From contig JAAILG010000197.1 of the NCBI GenBank assembly GCA_012026655.1, positions 62,001 to 126,000 of the forward strand: a stretch of 64,000 nucleotides of DNA, read 5' to 3'. The notes under the pieces are model-generated. The model was given only the letters and a program-made list of their open reading frames with translations. It did no database searches and was not told where the DNA came from. The translations under genes and the position numbers were made by a program. Each line of letters begins with the position of its first letter. Position 1 is the first letter of the stretch. Source of the stretch: Hydrolagus affinis. Lineage: Eukaryota. Below are positions 14,101 through 26,900 of this stretch, in pieces.

Positions 14101-17100
14101 GTAGCTGTAACCCCAAGGCTCAGAGTTACCTATTAGCTATCTGATAGATAGCTGAAGAGAACAATACTATACAATATAATTTCTAATTGTATAACTCCTT
14201 TCATATCTGGAGCATGTCTGAAAGTGCTTTACAATTCCAGGTGGGAACCTGAGCTGGGGATGGGAGCTGAGGTGGGTAGGGAGGGGGCAAAGGTGATCAA
14301 AATATTGTCAAAGAGCTATGACAAGCACAAGTCAAACAAGTATTGATCTGGGAAGTGCAGATAACATTAAAGGGCTTCTTTATTTCACAGAACTGTTTCA
14401 GTCTCCATTGTCTTGTGCATTCCGATAGTCTGCATCCTAAATTTATGTTCAGAGCTCTACATAGTCATCGTCCTGATAAGTACGAATGATGCTATGTCTT
14501 AGAGCTTGCAGCCATACTCAGCTTAACCTTTTATCTCTTCTCAGCCAACCCTATTATTTATTCAGGCATTTCCCTTCTGTGCTACACCAAGGGTTAGTAC
14601 ATATTTCACGATGCCGAAGGTGATAATAGGCTGCAATTACAACAACAACTTAAATTTATATAGCACTCTCCACGCTGGGCGGCATCTCAGAGTGCATTAA
14701 ACTAGGATCTTACTCAGTAATTACTGGGTCTAAAACATGATATCTGCAAACTGGATTTGAGTCATTTATTGTAACTATTGGTTTGCGACTATCAAGTTGT
14801 GAGATTCACAACTGAACAAATTGCAATTTGGCTAAGTCCAAAAAATGGTCTAAGGAGTACAACACAAGCCCTCTAATGGATTTTTGTCATCTTGCACTCT
14901 GCCACTGAATATGCTCCAGATTAAATTAGTCATTCAACTCATTGCTGTTTGTGGAACATTACTGTGTCCCACAAACGTAAGCATTCTGACGAAATTGGCT
15001 ATCACGCTGGCCTTTAAAATGCTGGTCTGTCTTCCAGCAGCTGTCATCTCAAGTCTCATGGTTTCCTATCGGCTATTTGATGGACATCTGAAGAGAACAA
15101 TACTGTACAAGATACACTTCATAGTAAATCCTGTGAAGCTCTTTGAAACATTCTTCTGGTGTAAAAAATGCTAAATAAATTATAAAGATTATTTAGATTA
15201 TTTATTATTTATTGAATGTCGATAAGCAACTCTATATCATTTTAATTTCACTTCCTGCTTTTGTACAACATTAACCTATTTTGAATTTGGAATAAAAATA
15301 GTTTTATTCTCAAAAGTCGTTAACTGATATGCACAAGTGCTTTTACACATGATACAATTATTTTATTTTAGATGTTAATGGTAACTTGCAGACCAACTCT
15401 TCTCTGCTTAACTAAAAGAAGCTCCATTTCACTGTCATTACATTTGAAGCTTTCAGTCTGCAGGTCAAAATAGTAACCTTTGCTCAATCTGACATTTCAA
15501 GGACTAACAAACTCTACCAGTTTGGGAGATAGCCTGACATAGCATTTATGGATCTAGCATTTTGGGTGTTCTTTACAGCCCAGGTTCACTGTCTGTCCTG
15601 ACAATTAGATTTTACCCAACTCGACGACTCTTATGTGGATAACCTCTTCCTTAATCAAATGTGATACATTTCCGTAGAATCAGAATGATGACATGTCAAA
15701 ACTGCAGCGTCCTAAATATCCAAATTATAAAGAAAAAACTAATGTCTTGCTGTTATATTAGAGCATGGTGCAGTTCAATATTTTCACCTTGCCAGAACTA
15801 TTTTGAAAACGTGATATGTTTTGTTTCATAAGTTTGTTGACTTGAACATCATTTAAAAACCATTGCATTGAGGATAATGCAAAATACTGTATTTGTAGTC
15901 ACTGCACAATTTATGTGGTTCGCTTGTGCTATCCTGCCACGGATTAAGCGTACATATGTGAATTTGCTGCTAAAGTAATTGCTGACTTGTACATATATAG
16001 AATCCTAACTTAAAGTATTGTTACAGCACAGAATCAGCCTAGTTGACTCGTCAAATCTGTGATGATGTCTCTCCACACAAACCACCTAAACTAATCCAGC
16101 TCTTCTGCTCACACTCCACCTATTCATATATCTTCTTTTAGATTCATCTTATGCAAAGTCCAAACAAATTGGCTCTACTTAATTGCTTAGTTTCTGTGGA
16201 AATGCTGAACCAAAGCAACTTCACTTGTGTCAAATAGATTTAAAGCATACCAACTTAGATCTGAATCATTAATTTACTCCTGAATATTTGGAACTCCCTT
16301 TGATATGAAATATTAGTTCCTTCAGCAATTGTACCATAATTTACATTCTTGCAAATACAAATGTTTCAATGCACAAAAAGGTGAAAAAAGGTCCTTTTTT
16401 CAGCAGGCTGCTTTATTCCAAATTCTGGATTAACTTCCTCTCCACTGAGTGATAGTTAGAGTATTATAAAATAGTTGATACTTTGCTACAACAACAACTT
16501 GGATTTATATAGTGCTCTCCACGCCAGACAGCGTCTCAGAGCGCTTCACAATTCACTATGCTAGTGGAATAGTGGCAGTTAATTGCTCAAGGCTTGGTGC
16601 AATGCGCAGATGCAGTGATGCAAAACACATGTATTATCAGTGGACAGTAGAGTTTGAAATCCATTTAGAAAAAACATCTCCAAGTGTAATTTCCAATCTA
16701 TTCTTTACTATTCGAATTTACAGTCTGTACATCTGACCTTGCAGTACATAGGGAGTTGTGTGATTTGGGTTCATGACTACGTTTAATTGGATTGAAACTG
16801 CTAGGATTCAATTAATCTGTTGGTTTTAATAAGCATCAGATTGAAGAGATCTTTACAGACTGTCTTCTCTGGACTTGATTCAAACCAGGTCCCAGAGATG
16901 TATTAACAACATCTGAAACTACAGGCTTTATGATGACAAGCATATACATGAAATTTGCAGTCAATCAAATTTATTTTAAGAGGAAAATTATATAAAATCA
17001 AAAGATTATACCTAATTTCCCACCCCCAAGAGACTTTTGCATGAAGCTAGCTAGCCCTTCTACAACTACAACAATTTACTTTTAACTTTCACATAGTTGA

Positions 17101-17529
17101 AGTCTGAGCAAAGTGGGAAATAAGGCTTTTTTTTTGCTGGGGGATGGGAATGGCTGAACACATAATCAAAATTTTTTGGGGGTGTTTTTGAAAACACAGA
17201 GGTAGGGAGCCAGGTACAGGTAATTCAGAATAAAGTTACAGAGAGTAAATGCAAAGTGTTTGAAAGACGACCCATTGATACTGATACATGAAGGAAGGAA
17301 CCTAATGTTGAAAGAGCAGAAGCTGTGGGACTCTCTAGACGGTGCCAGCCTGGAGAGCGCTATATAAATACAAGTTGTTGTTGTGAAAGCAACCTCCAGA
17401 GATCACAGAGGTTGGATTGGGCAAATTAGTGGGGGGAGGGTCATTTAATTTTATCTATTTAATCTCATGGTTCCATCATATTTAATCCTATCTATGTTCC
17501 TATTACAGCATCAACCAGTTTTACAAAGA

Positions 17530-17840
17530 ATGATATTGCATGGATTTAAACTATTTGGTCCAACAAGTCTATGACAGTATTTATACTTTACCTGTCCTAT
17601 CCTATTGAGCCCTTCATACTTCCCAACACCTCTACCAGAGCCCTTCTCAAGCATCTCATCTGTAGTGATAAAAACTCAAATCTGTCCAATCTTTCTTGGT
17701 GATTGTATCCACTCATCCCTGGTAACATCCTTATAAATCTATGCCATATTTTCCAATACTAGAATATCTCTTCTGAAAATATGGTGACTGTTTGTCAAAT
17801 AATTCCAGTGTTGTGGCCTCAGCCACACTTCCTGATGACC
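17530..17840 (-). mobile_element. CR1 LINE fragment
   Basis: CTCATCCCTGGTAACATCCTTATAAATCT and TCCAGTGTTGTGGCCTC resemble the reverse complement of the CR1 'RP-LEYC...RFTRM-PG' region. Confidence 0.5.
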
Positions 17841-18149
17841 CATTCCAGCTATTGATTACTTTCTGTGCATTCTCACTGTTTCTATCAGTCAACAGATTAC
17901 ACTCTTCATTCGGGAGAGAGGGCTAAGCTAAACTGTAGACTTTCAATCATGGTCTGATACAGCTAGGGCTGCATCCATAAAGATGAACTGGATGTGTCTT
18001 GCAATGTTTCTCTTGTTATTGAAGTTAGACTTCTGTTAAAAAACAGAATTCCCCTGGGTTTGGATTAAGGCTGTGTCTACCAATGAGTGATTAATAAGTG
18101 TTTGAAAGGAGGGATTAAATGTGGGGAAGAGGTCTGTGATTGCAAATAA

Positions 18150-18555
18150 ACAATAATTTCTACATTTGATATAGCGCTTTTATGTTAGGAGGATTCTCAA
18201 AGCACGTCACAACAACTACATTACAGCACCTTTCACATTGGGAGGACGTCCCAAGGCGCTGGACAGTCAGTGTTTCGTACCCGAGCTGTAGTCAGGATCG
18301 CGGAGGGTGGAGAGAAGATAGGGAGAGGGGTGTTACCGATGGCACGATCAAAGAGAATTTTTTTTTCAGGTGGGACTTGGAGGATAGGGAGGGGACTAGG
18401 CAGAGGATGAGTGGGTTGGGGGTACATGGAGTAAGTCAGAGCCCGTTGAGCAGAGGGAGCAGACAGGTTGGTAGAGGGTTGAGAGGTGGCAGAGGTAGAG
18501 TGAGGCAAGGCCATGGAGAACTTTAAAGGTGAGGACCAGGATCTTGAATTGAATC
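18150..18555 (-). mobile_element. L2 LINE 3' end preceded by a SINE tail
   Basis: Minus frame IQFKILVLTFKVLHGLASLYL (L2 ORF2 end); tail CTTGGGACGTCCTCCCAATGTGAAAGG; similar to 55961-56380. Confidence 0.85.
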
Positions 18556-19778
18556 ACAGAATATAATGTAAAGTGCATTTCATAGAATTGTGTATTCAAT
18601 TCTCAGAAAAGTAATTTTGCACAAAGCTAACAAATTTTCTTTATCTGAATCACTCTTATGATCTTGTGCACTAAATCAATCATAAATGGAAATAAATATT
18701 TATTGAAAGATTAACTGAAAAACATCGAAAACATAAACCAAGGGTTACACCACAAGATTCACAAATTGCTGTCTCAACAACCTCCACACCTGGATAGCAG
18801 GTGGTTGAAAGCTAAGAATGATGATGATCCTTTTCATGCAATGCAAACTGATTTTAGTCAATAGTGTTATGCCTCTCGGTTTGCAAATTGGTTGGGCACA
18901 GTCAGCCAAGCAGATTGGTGGTATTATCAATCTGATGACTACACAAATGTGCCATCTGTTATCCTCCTTCATGTACCTTAGGGATGTTGCCAGTTGGATC
19001 CTTCTTGAAATGCTCTAACAGATATCCTGGTGGAAATATCGAGCTATCTTCAAGTGCAATTGGGTCAAACTGCTCTGAGGTTAACTCAGGGCTCCTTGTG
19101 ATGGGTGGTCCCTTCCTGCATAATTATTCATATTTGTTTGTTAGTTTTGCAAAGTTGGTACATAGTGAGGTTACTTGCTATGATTCTCGGTGGTAGAAAT
19201 ATCCATTTCATATCATCACCTTGGTTGTTAAAGACTTGTTAAAAAAAGCTGTATTTTTTTTAAAGCAGTGAGGTAAACAGACTTCTAAACTAAAACTGAA
19301 TTTAACAATTTTCTCTAATTTTACAATGTGGTATTAATGCTATGACATGTTGAGGTTGTTTGTTTATTCATAATACAGAAAACAAGTCATATTGCAAACT
19401 AAATTTGATAAAGTATTAAAGTCAGGGCTAAAGTCAGAGTATTCTAGCCCTTATCATTTGATTCCTCATTTAATTTCTTGTGTCATGTAAAAGGAAACTT
19501 GTTTTGTGTTGGAGTGCTGGAGGTGCAGCCAAACTGGAGCTCTATATATAGCTTGAGTATGATATTTCGAGATCTGATTCAATTGATTTGCTAATACAGC
19601 CCAGTTTCAATTCTACTTTGCTATTTCTATTGCTTAAACCTCCTCCTTTCTTACCCCCAACAGGCATACTCCTCATGCCATGCAGCGTAAAAGCTGATGT
19701 GCTACATGAAGCATTACATGGGCTATTTATTAATAACAGTCAAAATATTACTGTCACAGTGACTTTCAATATACAGTA

Positions 19779-20578
19779 CAGGCATACCTTCCCAACCTTG
19801 GGGGATACGTTCCTCTAAAACTCAGCGGTCGGTAAAATCACGGTTGGAAAATACAGGGCCCTATGGGAAACATGGAGATCGGGGGAGTACGTTTGCTTTT
19901 TCGCGGTTGGAAAATACAGGGCCCTATGGGAAACATGGGGATACGGGAAGTAAGTTTGCGTTTCGTAGAACTAATCGCAAAAAAACATGTACAGTTAAAA
20001 CATACATGGGGATAGGGGGAGTAAGTTTGGGCGCATCTGCAGCAATCCGCGAGCCTGTCTGACTGANNNNNNNNNNNNNNNNNNNNNNNNNNNNNNNNNN
20101 NNNNNNNNNNNNNNNNNNNNNNNNNNNNNNNNNNNNNNNNNNNNNNNNNNNNNNNNNNNNNNNNNNAGAAAGTGAGTCAGAGAGAGGTGAGAGAGAAGGG
20201 TGAGGGAGGGGGGTGTGCGAGGAAGAAAAGGTGAAATAGAGAGGTGAGTCAGAGAGAGATACACTTACACAGAGAGAGAGAGGATGCGGAGAAGCGATAA
20301 TAAATTAATGTTACTGTATTTACCTTAATCCTAAGAGAGAAGCGTTGTCGCTGGTTGATTGCAACGTCGCAACTGGGTCCTAGCGCTATTCGCTAGCGTG
20401 AAGCGACATCGACGCTGGTTGATGCAACTGGGTCCTAGCGCTAAACGCTAGTGTTAGTGTTAAAACCCGTGCATAAGCAAGGGTTATAGCCATGGTTAGC
20501 AAGGGTTGTTCACATTTAGCAAACCGTGGATGCGTGAGTTTCGTGGTTGACGAGGTCGCGATTGGGGCGGGGTACCTG
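19779..20578. mobile_element. Tigger-like non-autonomous DNA transposon spanning an assembly gap
   Basis: Left TA|CAGGCATACC, right GGTACCTG|TA; CpG-rich interior; internal ~63-bp tandem duplication at 19841-19940. Confidence 0.7.
20067..20166. other. Assembly gap (100 N)
   Basis: Run of N. Confidence 1.
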
Positions 20579-20929
20579 TACTGTAGTGGAGTTCAGGCCA
20601 AGTAGATTTGTAATGAAGTGTTAATCTAACAGTCTTGTAACCATAAAATCGTACTACAAATATTATTTTCTTTGTATGTAGTTAATGGGGTTGGAGGGGT
20701 GAAGAGAAGGGAGAACAGGTTTCAGAAAAAAATAGAAGCTTGATTTATTTAGTGAGGTATGTTTCTTACTTTGTGGTTTTATTGATGTTTTCAACATTGT
20801 GCACAAATCCATTATGGATGAATTTAATTCAAAATGGGAAATGCAAACTTGTTCTATTTCTACAATAGAAAGGATTACTTACTGCCAAAATTACAATATT
20901 CACTGCAACCAACCAGTGACAAAGCCAGA

Positions 20930-21335
20930 AAATATAAATTGCTTTCATTTTTCAAAGCATCCTGTCGCATCCAAAAAGCACTTTACACAAATTTCTCTCA
21001 AGTGTAGCGACGTGTGATTGTAGGCAAAGGTGACAGCCGTTTTGTAGACGGCAGAGCCCTACAAATAGCCATGGGGTGAACGACTGTCTTTATCTAATGA
21101 ATTATTGGTCTGGACACTGGGAGAAACTCATTGGATCTTCAACATCCATTTGAACATACAAACCAGACCTTAGTTTAACCTCCCATTTGAATGATGTCAC
21201 CTCCTACAGTGTTGTATTCTCCCAGCACTATAGTATAGTTTCTGCCTAGACTTTGAGCTCAAGCGTAAAGGAGAAACGGGAACCCCCAATCTGTTCAAGA
21301 AGTGAGAGTAGTATCAATTGAGGCAAGCTGACAGC
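20930..21335 (-). mobile_element. Old DeuSINE-like SINE
   Basis: Tail, Deu core (GGACACTGGGAGAAACTC, GGATCTTCAACATCCA) and head (ATCAATTGAGGCAAGCTGAC) in reverse order. Confidence 0.65.
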
Positions 21336-21507
21336 AGCGCCACGATAGACAAACTAATTTAACCATGAGCATTCAGAATTTAACATATTTTGAAGCTGTT
21401 AAGAACGTTAACGCCTTCTTTCTGAAGCATGTGAGGAGCATAGATACATTGTATAATGATACTAACTGGAAAAATAACACAGTTTTAGACAAGTAATAAG
21501 TATTGTT

Positions 21508-21680
21508 ATTAATAATAATAATCTGTGCATTTGATATAGCGCCTCATCATGTCTTCTGGACGTCTACAGCGCTTCACAGAATATACTGTAAAGTGATTTG
21601 ACTGTACATTTGTGGGCGAAACGCGGCAGCCAATTGTGCACAGCAGTGTCTCCACAAACAGTCGTGGATTGGAAATTATT
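21508..21680 (-). mobile_element. SINE 3' half (young family)
   Basis: AATAATAATC.GTGCATTTGATATAGCGCC...GCGAAACGCGGCAGCCAATTG. Confidence 0.85.
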
Positions 21681-23499
21681 TTAAATTGAAAGTACGTATC
21701 TTGATTGATTAAAATTTTTGTTTCAAAAGACATCTCCACATTTCACTCAATTTCACTGAAATCATAACAAAATGGAGTAACATAAATATCGATAAATTTA
21801 ACAGCTTGTGATTAATTCATAAATTATGCATGGAGCCTACAATTAAATGTGGGAAATTAGCATGTGTCCGGTGTGGATTCCAAATATTTTCCTGATCTTT
21901 TATTTATTGTTGAATTATTTTGTGTTTAATAATTTAAAAGAAAAATTATCTGATATATTGATCATTTGAATCCAATGTTATTAATAAGAACATTAAGAAA
22001 ACGTTCATTCATTTGTTAAAAGGGAGGTTACAGAGGAGTTTTGTATCAATTCTTTGGCTGAATTCCTTTATATGAATTTCACATTTGTTGACAACTGTGT
22101 CAACATTAAAGAACATCAAGATTCTAGCAGCAAATTCCAATCAGTTGGATCCAAATGTATTCCCAGTCTCCCCAATGTGATAGAGTTTATCTCAATCATA
22201 CAGACTTTACGATCAAGATTTAAACACATTTCTGCAGTAAAATGATAATGCAATGAAAAGAAAGGGAGTTGATATTTATATCTTTCCATTGTTTTCTATT
22301 ACATGTTTATTGTTAATGTAATCACATTTACAGAAGAATTACTATAGAAACCACTGGACTCATAAATGTGTGGTGAAAGCCCAGACACAAAGAACAATAA
22401 AATATATTATTCAATATCTCAGTGCAGTTTGCAGTTCTAATATAAGATATAAAACTCTAGCACTCCTATTGATTTTTTAAAAACAAAATCTTAGTTAAAT
22501 CTAATAGCACGAGCCCTAAAAATACAGCTTAGTTAGTGGATTAGTGAATTCTCAATGGGAGTAACATGTATAATTTCTGATGCCTGTAAAAAAAAAACCT
22601 TCTTTGCGTAAAATTTTGATTTGCTTATAATAAGAGAAAGGTAAACCAATTAAAAATATTACAATTGTATTATTTATGGCTATAAAGCCATTATTATATT
22701 GCACACATTATTTAGCGGCTGCTGCTCATCATTGTAGTTGCATACTTATGCCTTAAACAATAATAGCATATGCAACCAGTATACATTTCTAATTCATTCA
22801 GATTTGATCTCAGGTCTTTAGTATCGCAGAGATATGGTCACAAAACATGCTATTTTATTGTTAGAAACTGATATTGCCCAGTCATCTATAAAATTGGCAC
22901 AAGGTAAAGATATCTTGGTGTAGCAACAATGTGCAGTGTAGCTTGCATAAGTGCTTCTGAGGTAGTGCACAAAAGTACAGTGTTTATACGTAAAAGCATA
23001 CCCTTTGAGAGATGTCAAAAATGTCATTTACAAGCAAGACTTTTGCCCAATATAGATCAGATTGCAAAAACCCATTTTCTGTTTGCTGATTCAAGCAACA
23101 CTTAAAAATTGTTATTTTCGCCATTCTGTAATTTGATTTGTTGTTTGTAAAGTGCAGTATGGTCATTTTTTCTGGTGATGAAAAGTATTACCATAAGTGC
23201 AACTGCTGCTTTGTGCCCCATGTAGTTAATGAAAGACAAGTCCTTTTGACATTTACGATTTAAACCACCATTTGGTTCTTTACTTTATTGACTGCAGAGA
23301 TTTGATATGGCATTTTGTCTCAGTTTATTTATTCCAATGGACAGTAATACAGTATTGTCATTGCTGCACAGATTAACTTGTAAAATTCAAACACAATCCT
23401 ATCTAAAATAACAATGTCCATCAAGGCTCCACAAGGCATTCAATCTCATCCTACCATGTACAGTACTACGAAAAAATGCTGACACACAGGTGATATCCT

Positions 23500-23676
23500 G
23501 CTACAGGTTAGAGTGGACATTGGTTGAATAGGGCACCCTGGACATGTGACCATTCCAGTGAGCAAAACACTTGTTCAGCTCCACAACTGATCCATTTGGG
23601 TACATTCTTCATCAGTCTCCATGAGTGAATCAAAGGTTCATCTGTGGAGTGTCCCCTTTAAGAGGTTTCCACTATA
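23500..23676. mobile_element. Possible ancient Tigger-like element end
   Basis: GTGTCCCCTTTAAGAGGTTTCCACTATA resembles a Tigger TIR; partner TIR unclear. Confidence 0.3.
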
Positions 23677-25899
23677 TTGCACAAACCACACAGTTTGTAT
23701 GTGTGAACCAGCAATCTAGAAGAAGGGAAGAAGAGGATGTCTGAAGCAGAATAGAATACAGACTTACCCAGCAGGAATAATTGGCTTTTCTACAGTTGTT
23801 TGTTTCTGGAGCAGCCTAATAAAACTAAGGCTCATCAAGAACGAATGGTCTTAACTGACAAACAGCTATATAGTCAGAGCTTAATGCTATGTAGAATTGC
23901 TTAACAAATGGATGGATGTATAAGAAAAGGACAGCATCTGTGCTGTCAGCTGTGCCATGTGCAAATGGATTTCATAAGTAGCAGTGAAGACATTTAAGCA
24001 TCTGCTGGAGGGCCTGTATTCATTGTAACTGTGGCTGCACAAGTTACAGTCTGAAACTGAAAGGTATGGTAGAGACATTGCATGCAGTGAGTAGTCTGAT
24101 TATCATCATGTCAGTCATAATTCATTGTGCATTTGTTTAGCAGTGTTTTGTTTTACTGGATTTCATTTCATAGTCATGAAATAATTGTATTGCAACCCTG
24201 TCAGTGCAAGAAGGAACAGCAGCATTTAGACTCTTTAGGGCTACTGCCTTTCCTTTTCGGTTTATTTGCTGCTCATTCTTCTGTGTGAGGAAGACTCACA
24301 GTGAAGAGGCAGCCCAAGTAAAACAGAATCCACTAACATTGTCAGCACTTATGTTCTATTTCACATGCATAAGCTGTTGATATGTTTGCCTTGGTTATTA
24401 GCCTTGAAAACTGAAACGTTTGTTAGTCTTGTTTATTTGTTCCACAGATTCTCCAAATCGAGTCCCAATGAGTAAAAGCTGAGTAGAACTCTTTTTGAAT
24501 TATTCACCGCCTTAAATTATTTATGAGCTATAATAGCTTCTGTGTATGTGCAGCAGCTGAACCCTGGCAGCTTCACATGACTTAGTTGGAGGTGATAATG
24601 TGAATATTGCTGCACTGGATGTGGAGAGCATTGGAATAAGGTGGATTGAGGAATACCGAGAGCATTACAGTCCCTCCTTCATGGACATAGGAATCTGAAA
24701 CGACAACAAAAATTCTGCTTCCCCGCTGTAATGTAAAATGCAGATGCCAAGTTGCATAATACAATTTAATTATCAAATGTAAATGAAACATGCCTCCTCC
24801 AACATCTTAAGGTAAAACCAAGTATTAAAACTCACAGGCAATAGTAATACAAAGTCAAAGGGAAATATTCCTTTGCTGCTTTAATACTTGGAGTTCAGAA
24901 TCACTGTTCTGCTTAGCTTCACCCTCACATCTTCTTTAGATCTGCAAACTGTTGTAAACCATGTAATGTGATCTTAAATATCAATTCATTTTCTATATGC
25001 AATTGAAACTTTGTACCTTTAGTCTGATTTCTTCAGCTGCTGAACTTACCATTTCAGTTGTTCAGTAAATGCAGGTCTGACAAATGTTAACAGTGCATAT
25101 ATTTAAGCAAATTTAGTTTTAAATCCTGTGGATCTGCACTATAAAGTGTCAATATTGGTGCTACAGTATGCCTATTTTCTATGCTTCATTTTCCTACTTT
25201 ACAAAAACGATGTGAAAGCTTCCTGTTTATATTATACAGTATCAGCATTAGGGATAGAGTGGGTGCTGCATTCCAGGTTGGTGCTTTTCAGTTTAATATG
25301 TTGCTCTTCTACATATCTTCAGTAACTGTGTTAGCATAGTGTATGCATTACAGTATGTTGGTTGATAGTAAGGGCATCGATCTCCTCTGCAGCGTTGCAT
25401 TGACAATATCTGAACCGTAACTTGAGCGTACTGCTGGGGAAGTGAAGGAGCGATGTGTCATTTCCTCACTACACTCAATCTTGGCACACATGCTGTGGGC
25501 TCACATCCACTATAAACTGGGTTGAGACAGTAACATCTCAATTCATCTATAACCTTTAATAACTATTAATGAGAGAAGTCTTTGGTTTCCTTCTTTGTGG
25601 CCAAGATTTTTAATGGGTCTCCAGAGATGAAGGGCTTTGCTAGGTAGGCTGAGAGATTTTTCTTAGCCAGCTGTACCACACTTTTATTTATAAAAAAGAT
25701 GCCCAAAAGAGCACATGTTCATTTGTGTAGATGTCTAATTTAGATGAGTGGTGACATAACTAGTATCTCCCATTGATAAAACTTGGCAAAAGCATTTGAT
25801 AATCACAAAATCAGTCTGGTGGTAAATTACAGGCTACGCCAACATCTGGAACTTTTTATTGTTCTAATTGTACCATTATTGCACATTTACTTGTAATTA

Positions 25900-26285
25900 A
25901 AATAATAATCATTGCATTTGATATACCACCTTTCACCTTGGGAGGACAAGCGCTTTGCATGATATACTATAAAGCACAGTGACTGTGTATTTTGTTAGAA
26001 AACTCGGCAGCCAAATTCCACACTGCATTGTTCCACAAACAGCCATGAGTGACCAATTTTATTTGAGGGCGCATTGGCCGATCACCGGGAGACACTCTTT
26101 TCGAATAGCGCCATGGGTTCTTTAAGAGAGATGAGACCTTAATTTAACATTTGAAGAAGAATGGTAGAGTACCTTGAATAGTGCAGTGTCTCAACTATAT
26201 GAGTTCCGAGACCCTTTGTGGCACTTGAACTCAGAACCTTCTAATTCAGAAGTGAGGGTGCTATCAACTGAGCCAGGCTGAAACG
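25900..26285 (-). mobile_element. Near full-length DeuSINE-like SINE
   Basis: Tail, then GAATAGCGCCATGGGTTCTTTAA (Deu core, reverse complement), then head ...GCTATCAACTGAGCCAGGCTGA. Confidence 0.8.
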
Positions 26286-26574
26286 CAGCCTGACCGGTTT
26301 GTAAAGCAGATCTGCCTCATGCAGCCTGGCTATCTGTAAGCTTTTCTCATAACACAAGGCCGTGGAGGCACCAACAGACATCACTTGCCCAGTTTGTCAA
26401 AAACAACATGCACATAATATTTTTCACACAGAATGAACATCTTAAAGTACATCAGAAATAGTATGGGGAGCACCGAGAAGGGAGAAAGAAAACAGACATA
26501 AGAATATGGGGCAGTTCCATTATAAGCCCCGCACCCACCCTCCTCCCCTCCCTGTTTGTGGGTCGGCAAAGCGC

Positions 26575-26900
26575 AAATATTTTGTCGCATTCACCTACAA
26601 AATACAGTCACTGTATTTTAGAGGATATCCTGTGAAATGCTTTGTGACAACATCCTGACGTTAAAGTCCCAATACAAAATGCATGGATTGTTATTATTAA
26701 ATTAATGACAGACACCAGAAAATATTTATTTTTCATGTGGGTAATTAATGCCTGGAACAGATTACCAGTGAGGGTATTTGTGGTTAGGATGCTGAAAATT
26801 TTTGAAAAAAGCTTGATGTTATGATGGGAAAACAATAAAGTGGGTATTCTGGTATAAGGAAACTGAATGAGCCAAAGGGCCTTCTTCATCCAAACTTCTT
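26575..26900 (+). mobile_element. SINE tail followed by CR1 3' end
   Basis: SINE tail to ~26700, then TDTRKYLFFMWVINAWNRLP (CR1 ORF2 C-terminus). Confidence 0.7.
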
